DNA of 64,000 bases from Flavobacteriales bacterium (GTDB lineage: Bacteria > Bacteroidota > Bacteroidia > M30B66): contig JBBAKX010000003.1 in assembly GCA_040403315.1 (NCBI GenBank), forward strand, positions 29,627 through 93,626. Direction: 5' to 3'. The position numbers and the translations under genes were made by a program. The notes beneath the pieces are model-generated. The model had not been told where the DNA came from, made no database searches, and saw only the letters and a list, made by a program, of their open reading frames with translations. Of this stretch, positions 1 to 9,851 are shown in pieces. Within the stretch, counting starts at the first letter, position 1; every line of letters begins with the position of its first letter.

Positions 1-1165
1 CGTTGCCGTTAATCGGATGGATGCCTTTGCGCATTATTTGAGTCTAAATGGTTTTAGGGTTTCTGTAATTACATTGAGAGAAAATCTCAATGATTTAAAC
101 TATGAGGTTTTAGGCGGAATTACAATTTATAGGTTATCCAATAATGTTTTATTTAAAAGGTCTAAGTTTTATGCTGGTGAGGCAAAATGGAAGCATTTGA
201 TTAAAGTTGGATGGAACTTGATTTCTGCTCGAATGGATCCACTTCCCGAATCGGGATGGATGAAGGCTGTTTCGGCGCAATTATCCAAATTACATCAAGA
301 AAAGAAAATTGATTTGGTAATTAGCTCATTTTCTCCTGTAGAATCTCATTTGGCTGTAATACGTTTTCTCAATAAAAACAATGAGGTTAAGTGGATTGCC
401 GATATGCGGGATGAAATGTCGATGAACAAATTGCTGCCATCTTTAACTCGGAAAAAATTAGTGTATTATGAAAAGGAAATTGGTAAAAAAGCAGATGCTA
501 TCACATCAGTCAGTGCGCCGATTTTAGATCAATTTCGCTTATTGATGCCCAATGTTAAGTATTTTGAGGAGATTCGAAATGGCTTTAACCATGACTTGAA
601 CTTTGAAAATAAATTTAATCAAAAATTTACGATTGTTTATGCAGGTACTTTTTATGGCCTCATAAAACCAACAACTTTTTTTGAAGGATTAAAAGTTGCA
701 TTAAATCAAACGTATTTCGATTTCGAGATCTGTTTTATTGGTACGCATCGCAATTTTCAGATTCCTCAAGAATTTGTAAATCACTGTAAGTTTATTCCTA
801 AGGTTAGTCAGTTGCAATCAATTGTTTATATGGGCAATGCTGATGCGAATTTGCTGATTCTTCCAGCAGACGATCGTAAAGGTGTGTATTCAGGTAAATT
901 GTTTGATTACCTATCGGTTAAAAAGCCCATTATTGCGGTGATTGATCCTAATGATGTCGCAGCTCAATTGATTCGCCAACTTAATGCTGGATATGTTGCT
1001 GATTTTAGCAATCCTAATGAAATCGCATCCGCAATTTTGGCCGCATTTTCTTTGTGGAAGGCTAAGGACTCATTGGATTTAGACAAAGACAAATTTGAAT
1101 TACTTCACAGAAAACATCAGGTGAAAAAGTTGGAATTACTCATTCATAAAATACTCCAAAAATGA
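1..1165 (+). CDS. Glycosyltransferase (GT1/GT4-like), 5-prime partial at window edge
   Basis: ORF 17..1165 has no in-frame stop back to nt 2, so the N-terminus is probably upstream. C-terminal half (KPIIAVIDPNDVAAQL...GYVADFSNPNEIASAIL) resembles a GT-B group-1 C-terminal domain. Its stop overlaps the next start (ATGA at 1162-1165), suggesting an operon. Confidence 0.5.
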   Translation, partial: VAVNRMDAFAHYLSLNGFRVSVITLRENLNDLNYEVLGGITIYRLSNNVLFKRSKFYAGEAKWKHLIKVGWNLISARMDPLPESGWMKAVSAQLSKLHQEKKIDLVISSFSPVESHLAVIRFLNKNNEVKWIADMRDEMSMNKLLPSLTRKKLVYYEKEIGKKADAITSVSAPILDQFRLLMPNVKYFEEIRNGFNHDLNFENKFNQKFTIVYAGTFYGLIKPTTFFEGLKVALNQTYFDFEICFIGTHRNFQIPQEFVNHCKFIPKVSQLQSIVYMGNADANLLILPADDRKGVYSGKLFDYLSVKKPIIAVIDPNDVAAQLIRQLNAGYVADFSNPNEIASAILAAFSLWKAKDSLDLDKDKFELLHRKHQVKKLELLIHKILQK

Positions 1166-2184
1166 AGGTAATTCAAGTCGGACCCGAAGGCATCCACCTC
1201 TCTAATTATTGTTTCTCAATTTTACCAATCATAGATAATTTAGGATACATTGGAGAGACCAATTATAATATTTCAGGAACGAATTCTTCTGTTGTTGCGC
1301 CTTTTCGTGGCTCGAATGTTTTTATTTGGATAAAGTCTTATTTAAAAATTATAAAATATTTGAAAAGTGAAAATCCTGATATCATTCATATTCATCAGGT
1401 TAATCGATTGGCATTTTTTGTTTGTTTAGCTGCTAATAAAACCAAAGTTCCAATTGTTACAACTGCTTGGGGAAGTGATGTTTTACTAGTGCCCCAAAAA
1501 AGTTTTATTCATCGATTTATTGCCAAGTTTGTTCTCAAGAATAGTTTTGCGATAACTGGAGATTCGAAACAGATGATTTCGGCTATTCGTAATTTGGTTC
1601 CTAATCACAACAATCTACAATGTATTCAATATGGTATATTTCCTGTAAAGTCTTCCATTAAAGAGAATTTAGTTTATTCTAACCGCTTGCACAAACCATT
1701 GTATCGAATCAATTTAATTATCAAACTATTTGCAGAATTTTATTCTACTCACAAGGATTGGAAATTGGTGATTGGTGCAGAAGGTGATCAAACTGCATCT
1801 TTAAAGTTATTAGCTCACTCATTGTTACCTGAAACGGCTTTTGAATTTACGGGTTGGCTCAATGTTGAACAAAATGCATTTTGGTATTCCAAGTCATCAA
1901 TCTATATTTCATTGCCCGAAAGTGATGGAACTTCAGTGAGCCTGCTGGAAGCTATGTCGGCCGATTGCTTGCCTATCGTTCCTGATCTTCCTGTATCTGA
2001 AGAATGGATAAAATCGGGCATCAACGGTATTGTATACAATCCTGAATTAAATCCAATTGAAGAAGCTTTAAAATTGGATTCTGATGTTTGTCTTAAAACC
2101 AACCAAAAATTAATTGGAGAAAGGGCTTTAAAATCGACCACTACAAAGCAGTTTTATTCTATTTACGAATCTGCTTTGAAATGA
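1162..2184 (+). CDS. Glycosyltransferase family 4 (group 1)
   Basis: GT-B hallmarks: WGSDV near the N-terminal domain, and EAMSADCLPIVPD...GINGIVY (the E-x7-E region) in the C-terminal domain. 4-nt start/stop overlaps on both sides. Confidence 0.7.
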   Translation: MKVIQVGPEGIHLSNYCFSILPIIDNLGYIGETNYNISGTNSSVVAPFRGSNVFIWIKSYLKIIKYLKSENPDIIHIHQVNRLAFFVCLAANKTKVPIVTTAWGSDVLLVPQKSFIHRFIAKFVLKNSFAITGDSKQMISAIRNLVPNHNNLQCIQYGIFPVKSSIKENLVYSNRLHKPLYRINLIIKLFAEFYSTHKDWKLVIGAEGDQTASLKLLAHSLLPETAFEFTGWLNVEQNAFWYSKSSIYISLPESDGTSVSLLEAMSADCLPIVPDLPVSEEWIKSGINGIVYNPELNPIEEALKLDSDVCLKTNQKLIGERALKSTTTKQFYSIYESALK

Positions 2185-3383
2185 AAATGATCGCACCGAA
2201 GCATTTTCTTTTTTATTCCACTGCGATTTTGGCTGCATCTCTGCCGGTTTTTCCAGCGTGGATCCCATTGTTTATAGCTGTATTATTTCTTGTTTATCTT
2301 TTCACTAATGGTTGGAAGCTTCGATTCAATGAGCTTTTCACTTCTAAGTCGGCCATTACATTAATCGTTTTTTTTCTTTTCAATGTTATCGGCATTTTTT
2401 GGTCTGAGAATATTGATAAAGCAATTATGCACTTGGAAATAAAGTTGTCATTGCTGTTTTTCCCATTCCTATTATTTGCTCGACCCGACTTAAATAAAAT
2501 TACTGAGAAACGAATTCAATATGTATTTTGCTTTTCTAGTGCAGTGGTTGCATCATTTTTATTGTTGCGAAGTTTTTGGAGTGCTTTTTTTGTAGATGGA
2601 GTTGTATTAAGTTACGGAGCGTTTTCTCCAATTTTCCATCCATCTTATTTGTCGATGTATTTCATCCTAGCCATCATTTTATTGGTGGAGGGTTTTTTTG
2701 ATATACCTAAGAAGTATAATTTTCTGTTTGGAATTGCATTGGTGTCTCTTGCCACATCTGTCTTCTTCCTTGCCTCAAAGGTGAACATTATTTTATTGTT
2801 TGGTTTTTGCATATTTTATTTATTCAGATTTCTAAAGAATCGAATTTCAAATCTTAAGCAAATCATTGTTGCGGGATTTTTTGGCATTGCTTTCTTTTAT
2901 GCAATCTTTTTAAATCAAGCTATTTTCGAGCGCTTCTTAAAAGGGTTTGATACTGTTAAAAACATCAGTGAAATCGATGTGAATGACACAGAAAGCAATG
3001 CAGCGAGGATTTTAATTTGGAATTCTGCTCTTGATCTTATTACTGAGCATCCTTGGGGAGTTGGAACTGGAGATGTTAATATTGAACTCACAAAAAAATA
3101 CCATGAAAATGGTTTTACAGGAATTGAAAACCGCCAACTAAATGCCCACAATCAGTTTCTTCAAACTGCTGTTGCTCTCGGAATTTTAGGCATGATCAGC
3201 CTATTTTTTGTTTTTCTTGTTCCGATGTTTTATTCGATTGTTCAACGCGATTTTTCAATGGTGGGTTTTTTAATTCTAACTTTTGTAAACGCATTTGTTG
3301 AAGGTATTCTTGAAGCCCAAGCAGGTGTTGTTTTCTTTGCATTCTTTTACGCACTTTTGCTTCGAAATGTCAAGTCGTCTTAA
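2181..3383 (+). CDS. O-antigen ligase/polymerase-like membrane protein (Wzy_C / WaaL family)
   Basis: About 10 predicted TM helices. Periplasmic loop has the HPWGVGTGD...NAHNQFLQTAVALGILG motif typical of the Wzy_C (O-antigen ligase) family. Embedded between glycosyltransferases. Confidence 0.65.
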   Translation: MKMIAPKHFLFYSTAILAASLPVFPAWIPLFIAVLFLVYLFTNGWKLRFNELFTSKSAITLIVFFLFNVIGIFWSENIDKAIMHLEIKLSLLFFPFLLFARPDLNKITEKRIQYVFCFSSAVVASFLLLRSFWSAFFVDGVVLSYGAFSPIFHPSYLSMYFILAIILLVEGFFDIPKKYNFLFGIALVSLATSVFFLASKVNIILLFGFCIFYLFRFLKNRISNLKQIIVAGFFGIAFFYAIFLNQAIFERFLKGFDTVKNISEIDVNDTESNAARILIWNSALDLITEHPWGVGTGDVNIELTKKYHENGFTGIENRQLNAHNQFLQTAVALGILGMISLFFVFLVPMFYSIVQRDFSMVGFLILTFVNAFVEGILEAQAGVVFFAFFYALLLRNVKSS

Positions 3384-4386
3384 AGTTTCTGTCGTTATCC
3401 CTTGTCGCAATGAGGAAAAACACATCCAGCAATGTGTTGAGTCTGTTCTCGCTTCCGATTATCCGAAGGAATTACTGCATGTACTTGTTTGCGATGGCAG
3501 AAGCACCGATCACACCAGAGAAATAATTCAGCGGTTTGAATCCAATCCAATGGTTCAATTGGTTGATAATCCCGAACAAACCACTCCATTTGCACTCAAT
3601 TATGGTATCCAAGCAGTATTAACAGACGTAGTAATTATTTTGGGTGCTCATGCTGAAATTGCATCCGATTATGTGCGATTGTGTGTAGAAACTTTAAGCA
3701 ATCATCCCGATGCAGGCTGTGTTGGTGGAGTTCTCGATACCATCTCTGAAGATGAACAAACTGCTTCTATTGCGATTTCCATGTCGTCGTCTTTTGGCGT
3801 AGGAAATGCTTATTTCAGAACAGGTGAACGCTCTGGTTATGTTGATACTGTTGCTTTTGGAGCTTATCGGAGATCGGTTTTCGAACGTATCGGTTTGTTT
3901 AATCCTATTCTAGCTAGGAATCAGGACGATGAATTTAATTTCAGGCTACTAAAATCAGGATCGAAGATTTTTCTTAATCCTGAAATTCGTGCTAAATATT
4001 ACGTTCGTTCTTCATTTTCCAAGCTGTTTCGTCAATATCGCCAATATGGTTATTGGAAGGTTTTTGTGAATCGAGAACAAGCAACTGTTACTACTCTTCG
4101 CCAATTAATTCCACCTATTTGGGTGGCGTACTTATGCGCACTTCCAGTCGCATTTTTAGTAAATGAATATTTAGGATTATTTTGGGTTTTAGGCATCTTC
4201 GCTTACCTCGCGCTTTCGATTTATAGTGCTATTCGATTGGCTAAATCATTCATCCAATTTATTCAGGTTTGCTGGTCGTTTTATATTTTACATTTAAGCT
4301 ACGGAACGGGCTATATCGAAGGGATTTTCGATTTTATTCTTCTTCGAAAATCTGGAGGAAAGCAAAATACTTCTTTAAGTCGCTAA
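3367..4386 (+). CDS. Glycosyltransferase family 2 (membrane-associated, C-terminal TM helices)
   Basis: N-terminus MSSRLKVSVVIPCRNEEKHI...LVCDGRSTDHT is the classic GT2 nucleotide-sugar-binding start. A DDE/D-x-D-like QDDEF is present. Hydrophobic C-terminus. The ORF track begins at 3295, but the first ATG (3367) overlaps the upstream stop by 17 nt and is the likelier start. Confidence 0.75.
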   Translation: MSSRLKVSVVIPCRNEEKHIQQCVESVLASDYPKELLHVLVCDGRSTDHTREIIQRFESNPMVQLVDNPEQTTPFALNYGIQAVLTDVVIILGAHAEIASDYVRLCVETLSNHPDAGCVGGVLDTISEDEQTASIAISMSSSFGVGNAYFRTGERSGYVDTVAFGAYRRSVFERIGLFNPILARNQDDEFNFRLLKSGSKIFLNPEIRAKYYVRSSFSKLFRQYRQYGYWKVFVNREQATVTTLRQLIPPIWVAYLCALPVAFLVNEYLGLFWVLGIFAYLALSIYSAIRLAKSFIQFIQVCWSFYILHLSYGTGYIEGIFDFILLRKSGGKQNTSLSR

Positions 4387-4403
4387 TTATTTACTTTTCA
4401 CAA

Positions 4404-7400
4404 TTAAAATGCTTTTGACACTTTCGCCGATTGGCAAGATCCATTGTAAACAACCTGAATGGTATAAACACCTCGAGCCATTCCGTCTGCAGGAACATTA
4501 AAATGATTTATCCCTTCATTTGACGAAATAGTTTGTTGAAGAATCATTTTTCCATTCATATCGAAACAGAAAACCTTCACTTGTCCTTTCCCATTGTTGG
4601 TAAATGCACCACTCAAGCCTTTTCCATCTTCAAATGATGCATGCACAAGCTGAAACGAAGCTGATTGCTCAAATTGAACTGGAACAATTTCTGAATTACT
4701 GAATTCTCCGTTGAAATCTACTTGTTTCAATCGGTAATACAGCACTTCAGCGCGTTGCCGAGCAGCCATCGGATCTAATAATTCGTACTTAATTAGGTGA
4801 TTGGCATTTCCTGATCCATTAACACGACCAATTGGTGTAAATTTTAACGCGTCTGTTGATCGATACACTTCGAAATAATCATTGTTGATCTCCGAAACGG
4901 TTGTCCATTTTACTAATACGTCTTCTTGTATAGGTTCTGCTGAGAATTCGAGCAATTCAACTGGCAGTGCTGCATTGTCGAGTACGCCAAAAGTGAAAGG
5001 TCCAAATAAATTGGTTGCATCAGCAGTTATAGAACCTTCGGCCGTTGAACCTCCCGCATTTGATGCCACTGGCCCAATTTCCTTCCATTGTTGTTTGTCT
5101 GCCTGCCAAGCTGCAATTCGCAAACGCATCATAACATTGTTTTGCTCCGTGATGCCGCTTTCTGCTCCCCAGTTAAATGTAAATGTCGCGCTTTGTCCAG
5201 GCGATGGCGCAGGTGGTTGAATCATCCAGTATTCTAGGTTTTTTACTTCCATCGGATTTCCGTCCACATTGTTGGTATTGAATGATGAAGCAGCGCCGAA
5301 ATTGAAGTATTCCGCGGTGAGCGCGTTTCCTCCTTCATTTACTGCGTTTACAGGTCTAAATCTGCCATTTTTCCCTACGGGGAAGAGAAATTCTGCAGTG
5401 CCTGAGCTAAACTGCTTCATCACTGGGCCATCGATGTAATTATTGGAAGATCCAAAGCCCACAAGTTTAGCATTGTCGGCAACTGTGAGAAGATTGGTGG
5501 CTGATGTGTATAGAATTCCGGAGTTCATCACTAGGCTGTCGAGCACTGTTAATGGACTTCCTAGTCGCACCGAACCTTGCGTGTTTCTGTTTAGTTTGAG
5601 TGATTTTACTACGTTGTGACCAGGTTTGAATTTTAAATAGCCGATTACATTGGCTGAACCATTTACACGAAATCTTGTTGCTGGATCTGAAACTATGGTA
5701 CCGTCGGCCAAAGAATCAATTGTTCCATAAAGGTCAACATGACGACTGTTTGTGATCAATTCAGCGCCTGTGTTGAGGCGGATCACACCTGTCGACTTCA
5801 GTTTTAAGGTTAAGTTCGAATTTCCGTTCAACTGCATTTTTCCTGCGTTTCTAACGGTCAAGCTATTTAATTCAGCCATACTTGGAGTAGCACTGAACTT
5901 AATGCTGTCTTTCTGAGCATTGTAGCTGGCCATGAAGCTTCTCAAGCCAGTGTTATTGCTCCATTGCGACGATGAAGAATCGTTGTTAATGGTCCAATGT
6001 GAAGTGCCAGAGTTCAAAGTTCCTATAAGTTCTACATTTCCAGCCAACAAAGCCACACTGTTTTGCTGCGTCAATGTTCCGCGGATACGCGCCGAACCGT
6101 CGAACCAACAACCTTCGAGACTTGAATTTCCATTCATCGTAAGGATTGCCGATGGTTTAATGTCTATGCCTTTGAAAAATGCTTGTTGTCCTGCCGTCAT
6201 GATTGGTGCACGAACCACATTTACATTGCCCGCTGGCGTTGGTGTTGTGGAAGGAAATGCCGCAATGATGATGCTGTCGGCACAGGATGGTTTTTGTTTG
6301 AAATCCCAGTTGCTGTCGGTGTTCCAATCTGCGTTGGTTGCGCCCGTAAAGGTTTTTACATTGAACACTTCATCGGCGCCAATGTCGGTTCCGCGTCTGA
6401 ATTCGCCATCAATATCTGTATTTATTGCCAATGGTGACGTAACGACCATTCCTTTGCTGTTCACACGAATTTCGCACTGAGGAACGTGTAAATCGGCTGT
6501 GCCAGAAGATGTGAAAACGCTTGTAAAACAGGCTGTTTGAGAAGCCGAAACCGAAGCAATGTTTTCGAAATATGAATGTTGGTCTTTGCTTGTAAGTGAT
6601 TGCCAACCTGCCAAATTTTGAAAATTGCTTCCCCAGCGGGTCGAATTGCTTGCTATTGCTGCAAAAAGAATGTTGTTGTTCGATGCAGTAATTGCTGGTG
6701 ATGTAAGTTCTGAACCGAATCCGATGTGTCTTGAACTTCCCACTCTGGCGTTGCAGAAAATATTGTTTTGTACGTAAGCGGGCGCTGGAATGTTGATGCT
6801 CCAATTGTTGCCCCTGTAAAACGCATAAGTTGAATTGGATGCTCCCGATTCGGTTCCTCCGATAAACACTGTGTTGAAAGAGAATTGAACTGGGTTGTTC
6901 CGGGTGTCGTTGCCATGCCAAATGCCGATCATTCCAACTTTTTGGTTGTTGTTTGTGCCATTTGGAAATATACCTAATGTGATCATATTGTTGTAGATAT
7001 ACAATGAACCACCTGCTTCTTTGTCTCCACTGTTGATGGCCGAAACGATAGGCCCTTGATTATTCACATAAGTAGATCGATTCAGTAGATTGTAAATTCT
7101 GTTTCCATACACTTTCGAAATTCCTGGCGCTGCAGAAACAATTCCTGAAGTGTGCGATGCTATCGAAGTGGCAGAAGATGAACTGATTGTATGAATGATG
7201 TTGTTGTAGATATTGGCATCACCAGTATGCGTCAACATTAAAATTCCAGCAGCACCCTGGTTGGTTCCCCATTGATCGGAGGTAGAAAATGATTGCAGAT
7301 TGCAAATCGTATCGTTTCGAAGTATAACGCCCGCTGTACCATTGTGAAAAATACCTCTTGCGTAAGAATTTGAATGGGTAGAAGAATCACAAAGGCCCGA

Positions 7401-9638
7401 AATATAGTTCCCATAGATTTCTGCAATGTTTACACCATTGCTCATGCTGAGGATACCAGTAACGGTTTGTTTTTTAGTGCTGCTTCTGGTTCTTAAGCTT
7501 GCAGTTTGGATTCGATGGCCGATGGTATTGTTGCGAATTTGTATGCCCGAACCTGTTGCTCCAACGCGAATTCCTATAATATCGATTCCAAAATCACCAC
7601 CGCCTGAAACAGCTCCAACCATACCACGAATGGCGTTGCTTTCGACAATCCCTTCAGCGCCGTTAAATTCGATTCCTATGGCAGAAATTCCTCCAACGGT
7701 ATTGTTGGCTGAGGAGTTAAAAACCAACGAATCTCGGCTACCAATTGTGTTATTTCTAACGAATGCTTTTCCTTGGTTAATAAATATTCCTCTGAAACTG
7801 TATTCGTTGGTATTTGTAGTTCTTGTGAAGGTCATGTTGAAATTGTTGATCACATTTCCTTCAATAAATGCTGTTGAGGCTGCCGGAATTCGAATGTCAA
7901 TTGCACGAATTCGCATCGGCATATTGCTCGAAGTTGTCATTGTCCATGCTTGTCCAAGTGCAAATCTGGCCTTGCCGCCAATGTAATTGTTGGTGACAAA
8001 AATTGAGTCGCAATTGTTCGAATTCCCACCACTTTTTCCTCCTATAATTGAAACGTAGGTAGCTGAATTTCCTGGAGTTCCAGCCGAAACTTGGTACAAA
8101 TGGTTGTTGGTAATACGAACTGCTCGCAAATTGTCGCCAATAGCGATATAACCTGATGCAGAACTTGGTGTATAGATGTCGGTAATTTCGTTGCTGTTGA
8201 TCGCAATGTTTCTGCTTTCATAGCCAACCGTTCCGGCGATTAAAATGCCGTACCTCGGTGATGCGCTGGTAGCACTTGTTATCAAATTGTATTGAAAGGT
8301 TATGTCGCGGTTGGCAGCAGTTAAAGCAGCATCTCCTACTTGTAATAATCCTTGATTTGCATTGGTTGATGCACCTTCGATTCTGCAAAATTTAACTGCG
8401 CTATTGGATGATCCGTTTCTGAATTGAATAGTGGGACTGCCAGTATGGTTGTTTACAAAAATCAATCGTTTGGGCGTAGAGAAGCTTTCTGAAACATCAC
8501 CGATAGATCTACCGTCGATAAGAATATTGTCGGAACCATTGAAACAGAACATTCCATTTGTACTAACTGTGGTAGCGCTTGTGATGGTTCTGGTGGTTGT
8601 ATTGTTTGGACGAATGCTTACTTGATATTGATTCATTCCAGCAAGCTGGGGAAGGGAAAAAGTTCCTGTTTCACCGTTAATATCTGATACAACCTTCAGT
8701 GTTACATTGCTTGATATTCCTGAGTAATAGCTCATTTCTTGGAAAATTCCTCCACTGTTAGTGAACGACCTGAAATTGCCAGTGCTTCCAACGGTGTAAG
8801 CGCCTCCAGGAAATGATTGTGAAGGTGAATTGATTCGGAAGTTGTCAAGAAACATTTTCATTCCATTAGAACCTTTGTAAGTAATCTTGAAATGATTCGG
8901 AGAATTTGACGGTGTTTGAACATTTACTGCACTGTAAACCAAAGTAGTACCAACCCAAATGTCGGTTTTGTCGGTAGCCAATGTTCTTGGTAATCCATTT
9001 GGACCCGTATAGTTTAATGTGGTATTTGTGTTATTGATTACCCAAGTAAACTGAGTCATTGTTATCGCAGTTACATCAGAGTAATCATCGTCATCATCGT
9101 CGTCACTGTCATCTTCATCGTCCGAATCGTCGTCGTCATCGGTAATAGAAACACTGGTAAATGTGTTTGTAGATACCTGATTTCCTGTGATGTCGCGCAC
9201 TTTAAATTGTCCGTTTGAGGCAAGTGAATTGATGCCGAATTGTGCGTAAGTATTTGCGTTTGTTTCAGTAATTGCATTGTTGCTAAAGCCGCTTCCCAAT
9301 TGAAAAACGACAGCATCAGTTACGGCGCTTGAATTTCCTTGGAAACTGCAGTCGAATCGAATAAACATCGCTTGAGGATTGCCGCTAAAATTGGTGTTCC
9401 GAACGATGCTGCCTTGCTGGTTTCCGTTGCCAGTTTTTTGCACCCGAAGCCTTTGCTGATTGATCTGATAGTTTATTTGCGAAGGCCCGCCCATCCAAGT
9501 GAATTGGTTATTCGCCGGACTAGGATTAAAGTATGTGGATACACTTGATGATGTAGAGAAATTCTGAACGAAAGTTTGAGATTTTCCTAAGAACGCTAAA
9601 GTTATCACCAATGAAAGAAGAAGTAGGCGTTTTTTCAT
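4404..9638 (-). CDS. Giant secreted right-handed beta-helix repeat protein with T9SS C-terminal sorting domain (about 1745 aa)
   Basis: Signal peptide MKKRLLLLSLVITLAFLG (start moved to the ATG at 9636-9638 rather than ORF start 9683). Dozens of NNxI/GNxI/RNNTI parallel beta-helix-like repeats. Acidic tract DDDDDSDDEDDSDDDDDDD. C-terminal 80 aa (KVFCFDMNGKMILQQ...GVYTIQVVYNG...AKVSK) fits the Por/T9SS CTD pattern. Confidence 0.7.
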   Translation of the reverse strand: MKKRLLLLSLVITLAFLGKSQTFVQNFSTSSSVSTYFNPSPANNQFTWMGGPSQINYQINQQRLRVQKTGNGNQQGSIVRNTNFSGNPQAMFIRFDCSFQGNSSAVTDAVVFQLGSGFSNNAITETNANTYAQFGINSLASNGQFKVRDITGNQVSTNTFTSVSITDDDDDSDDEDDSDDDDDDDYSDVTAITMTQFTWVINNTNTTLNYTGPNGLPRTLATDKTDIWVGTTLVYSAVNVQTPSNSPNHFKITYKGSNGMKMFLDNFRINSPSQSFPGGAYTVGSTGNFRSFTNSGGIFQEMSYYSGISSNVTLKVVSDINGETGTFSLPQLAGMNQYQVSIRPNNTTTRTITSATTVSTNGMFCFNGSDNILIDGRSIGDVSESFSTPKRLIFVNNHTGSPTIQFRNGSSNSAVKFCRIEGASTNANQGLLQVGDAALTAANRDITFQYNLITSATSASPRYGILIAGTVGYESRNIAINSNEITDIYTPSSASGYIAIGDNLRAVRITNNHLYQVSAGTPGNSATYVSIIGGKSGGNSNNCDSIFVTNNYIGGKARFALGQAWTMTTSSNMPMRIRAIDIRIPAASTAFIEGNVINNFNMTFTRTTNTNEYSFRGIFINQGKAFVRNNTIGSRDSLVFNSSANNTVGGISAIGIEFNGAEGIVESNAIRGMVGAVSGGGDFGIDIIGIRVGATGSGIQIRNNTIGHRIQTASLRTRSSTKKQTVTGILSMSNGVNIAEIYGNYISGLCDSSTHSNSYARGIFHNGTAGVILRNDTICNLQSFSTSDQWGTNQGAAGILMLTHTGDANIYNNIIHTISSSSATSIASHTSGIVSAAPGISKVYGNRIYNLLNRSTYVNNQGPIVSAINSGDKEAGGSLYIYNNMITLGIFPNGTNNNQKVGMIGIWHGNDTRNNPVQFSFNTVFIGGTESGASNSTYAFYRGNNWSINIPAPAYVQNNIFCNARVGSSRHIGFGSELTSPAITASNNNILFAAIASNSTRWGSNFQNLAGWQSLTSKDQHSYFENIASVSASQTACFTSVFTSSGTADLHVPQCEIRVNSKGMVVTSPLAINTDIDGEFRRGTDIGADEVFNVKTFTGATNADWNTDSNWDFKQKPSCADSIIIAAFPSTTPTPAGNVNVVRAPIMTAGQQAFFKGIDIKPSAILTMNGNSSLEGCWFDGSARIRGTLTQQNSVALLAGNVELIGTLNSGTSHWTINNDSSSSQWSNNTGLRSFMASYNAQKDSIKFSATPSMAELNSLTVRNAGKMQLNGNSNLTLKLKSTGVIRLNTGAELITNSRHVDLYGTIDSLADGTIVSDPATRFRVNGSANVIGYLKFKPGHNVVKSLKLNRNTQGSVRLGSPLTVLDSLVMNSGILYTSATNLLTVADNAKLVGFGSSNNYIDGPVMKQFSSGTAEFLFPVGKNGRFRPVNAVNEGGNALTAEYFNFGAASSFNTNNVDGNPMEVKNLEYWMIQPPAPSPGQSATFTFNWGAESGITEQNNVMMRLRIAAWQADKQQWKEIGPVASNAGGSTAEGSITADATNLFGPFTFGVLDNAALPVELLEFSAEPIQEDVLVKWTTVSEINNDYFEVYRSTDALKFTPIGRVNGSGNANHLIKYELLDPMAARQRAEVLYYRLKQVDFNGEFSNSEIVPVQFEQSASFQLVHASFEDGKGLSGAFTNNGKGQVKVFCFDMNGKMILQQTISSNEGINHFNVPADGMARGVYTIQVVYNGSCQSAKVSKAF
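9072..9140 (-). repeat. GAT/GAC-rich low-complexity tract encoding poly-Asp/Ser/Glu linker inside the giant beta-helix protein
   Basis: Plus strand reads gtaatcatcgtcatcatcgtcgtcactgtcatcttcatcgtccgaatcgtcgtcgtcatc. Translated on minus it gives TDDDDDSDDEDDSDDDDDDDYSD (aa 181-203 of the ORF). Confidence 0.8.
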
Positions 9639-9826
9639 ATAGTGTTGAGTGTAATCAGATTCATATCGGGTGTTATAAGGCATCCTTTACTATCCAATTT
9701 TATAAGGGTTACTGAAGAAACATCGCATTAGAGCAGGAAAATTTTAATTAACACTAAATCAGGCACTTAAATAGGTTTTAATATTACATTATTTCTTACA
9801 TGCCTCTTTTTACCAATGTTTCAAGA

Positions 9827-9834
9827 TAAGTTTG
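9827..9834 (+). promoter_or_regulatory. Candidate Bacteroidota sigma-A -7 element (TAAGTTTG, consensus TAnnTTTG) upstream of the DegT-family gene
   Basis: TAAGTTTG lies 18 nt upstream of the ATG at 9852, in an AT-rich leader. Confidence 0.35.
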
Positions 9835-9851
9835 GGGAATAATACAGAACT

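Noticed and set aside
5932-7986. Several plus-strand ORFs (5932..6480, 6183..6437, 7426..7986) and minus-strand ORFs (6409..6921, 6653..6916, 7238..7426) inside the giant gene
   Set aside because: All are embedded in, or antisense to, the 1745-aa beta-helix ORF, whose long uninterrupted frame and coherent repeat architecture are far more credible. The embedded ORFs have biased Cys/Arg/low-complexity composition and no motifs.
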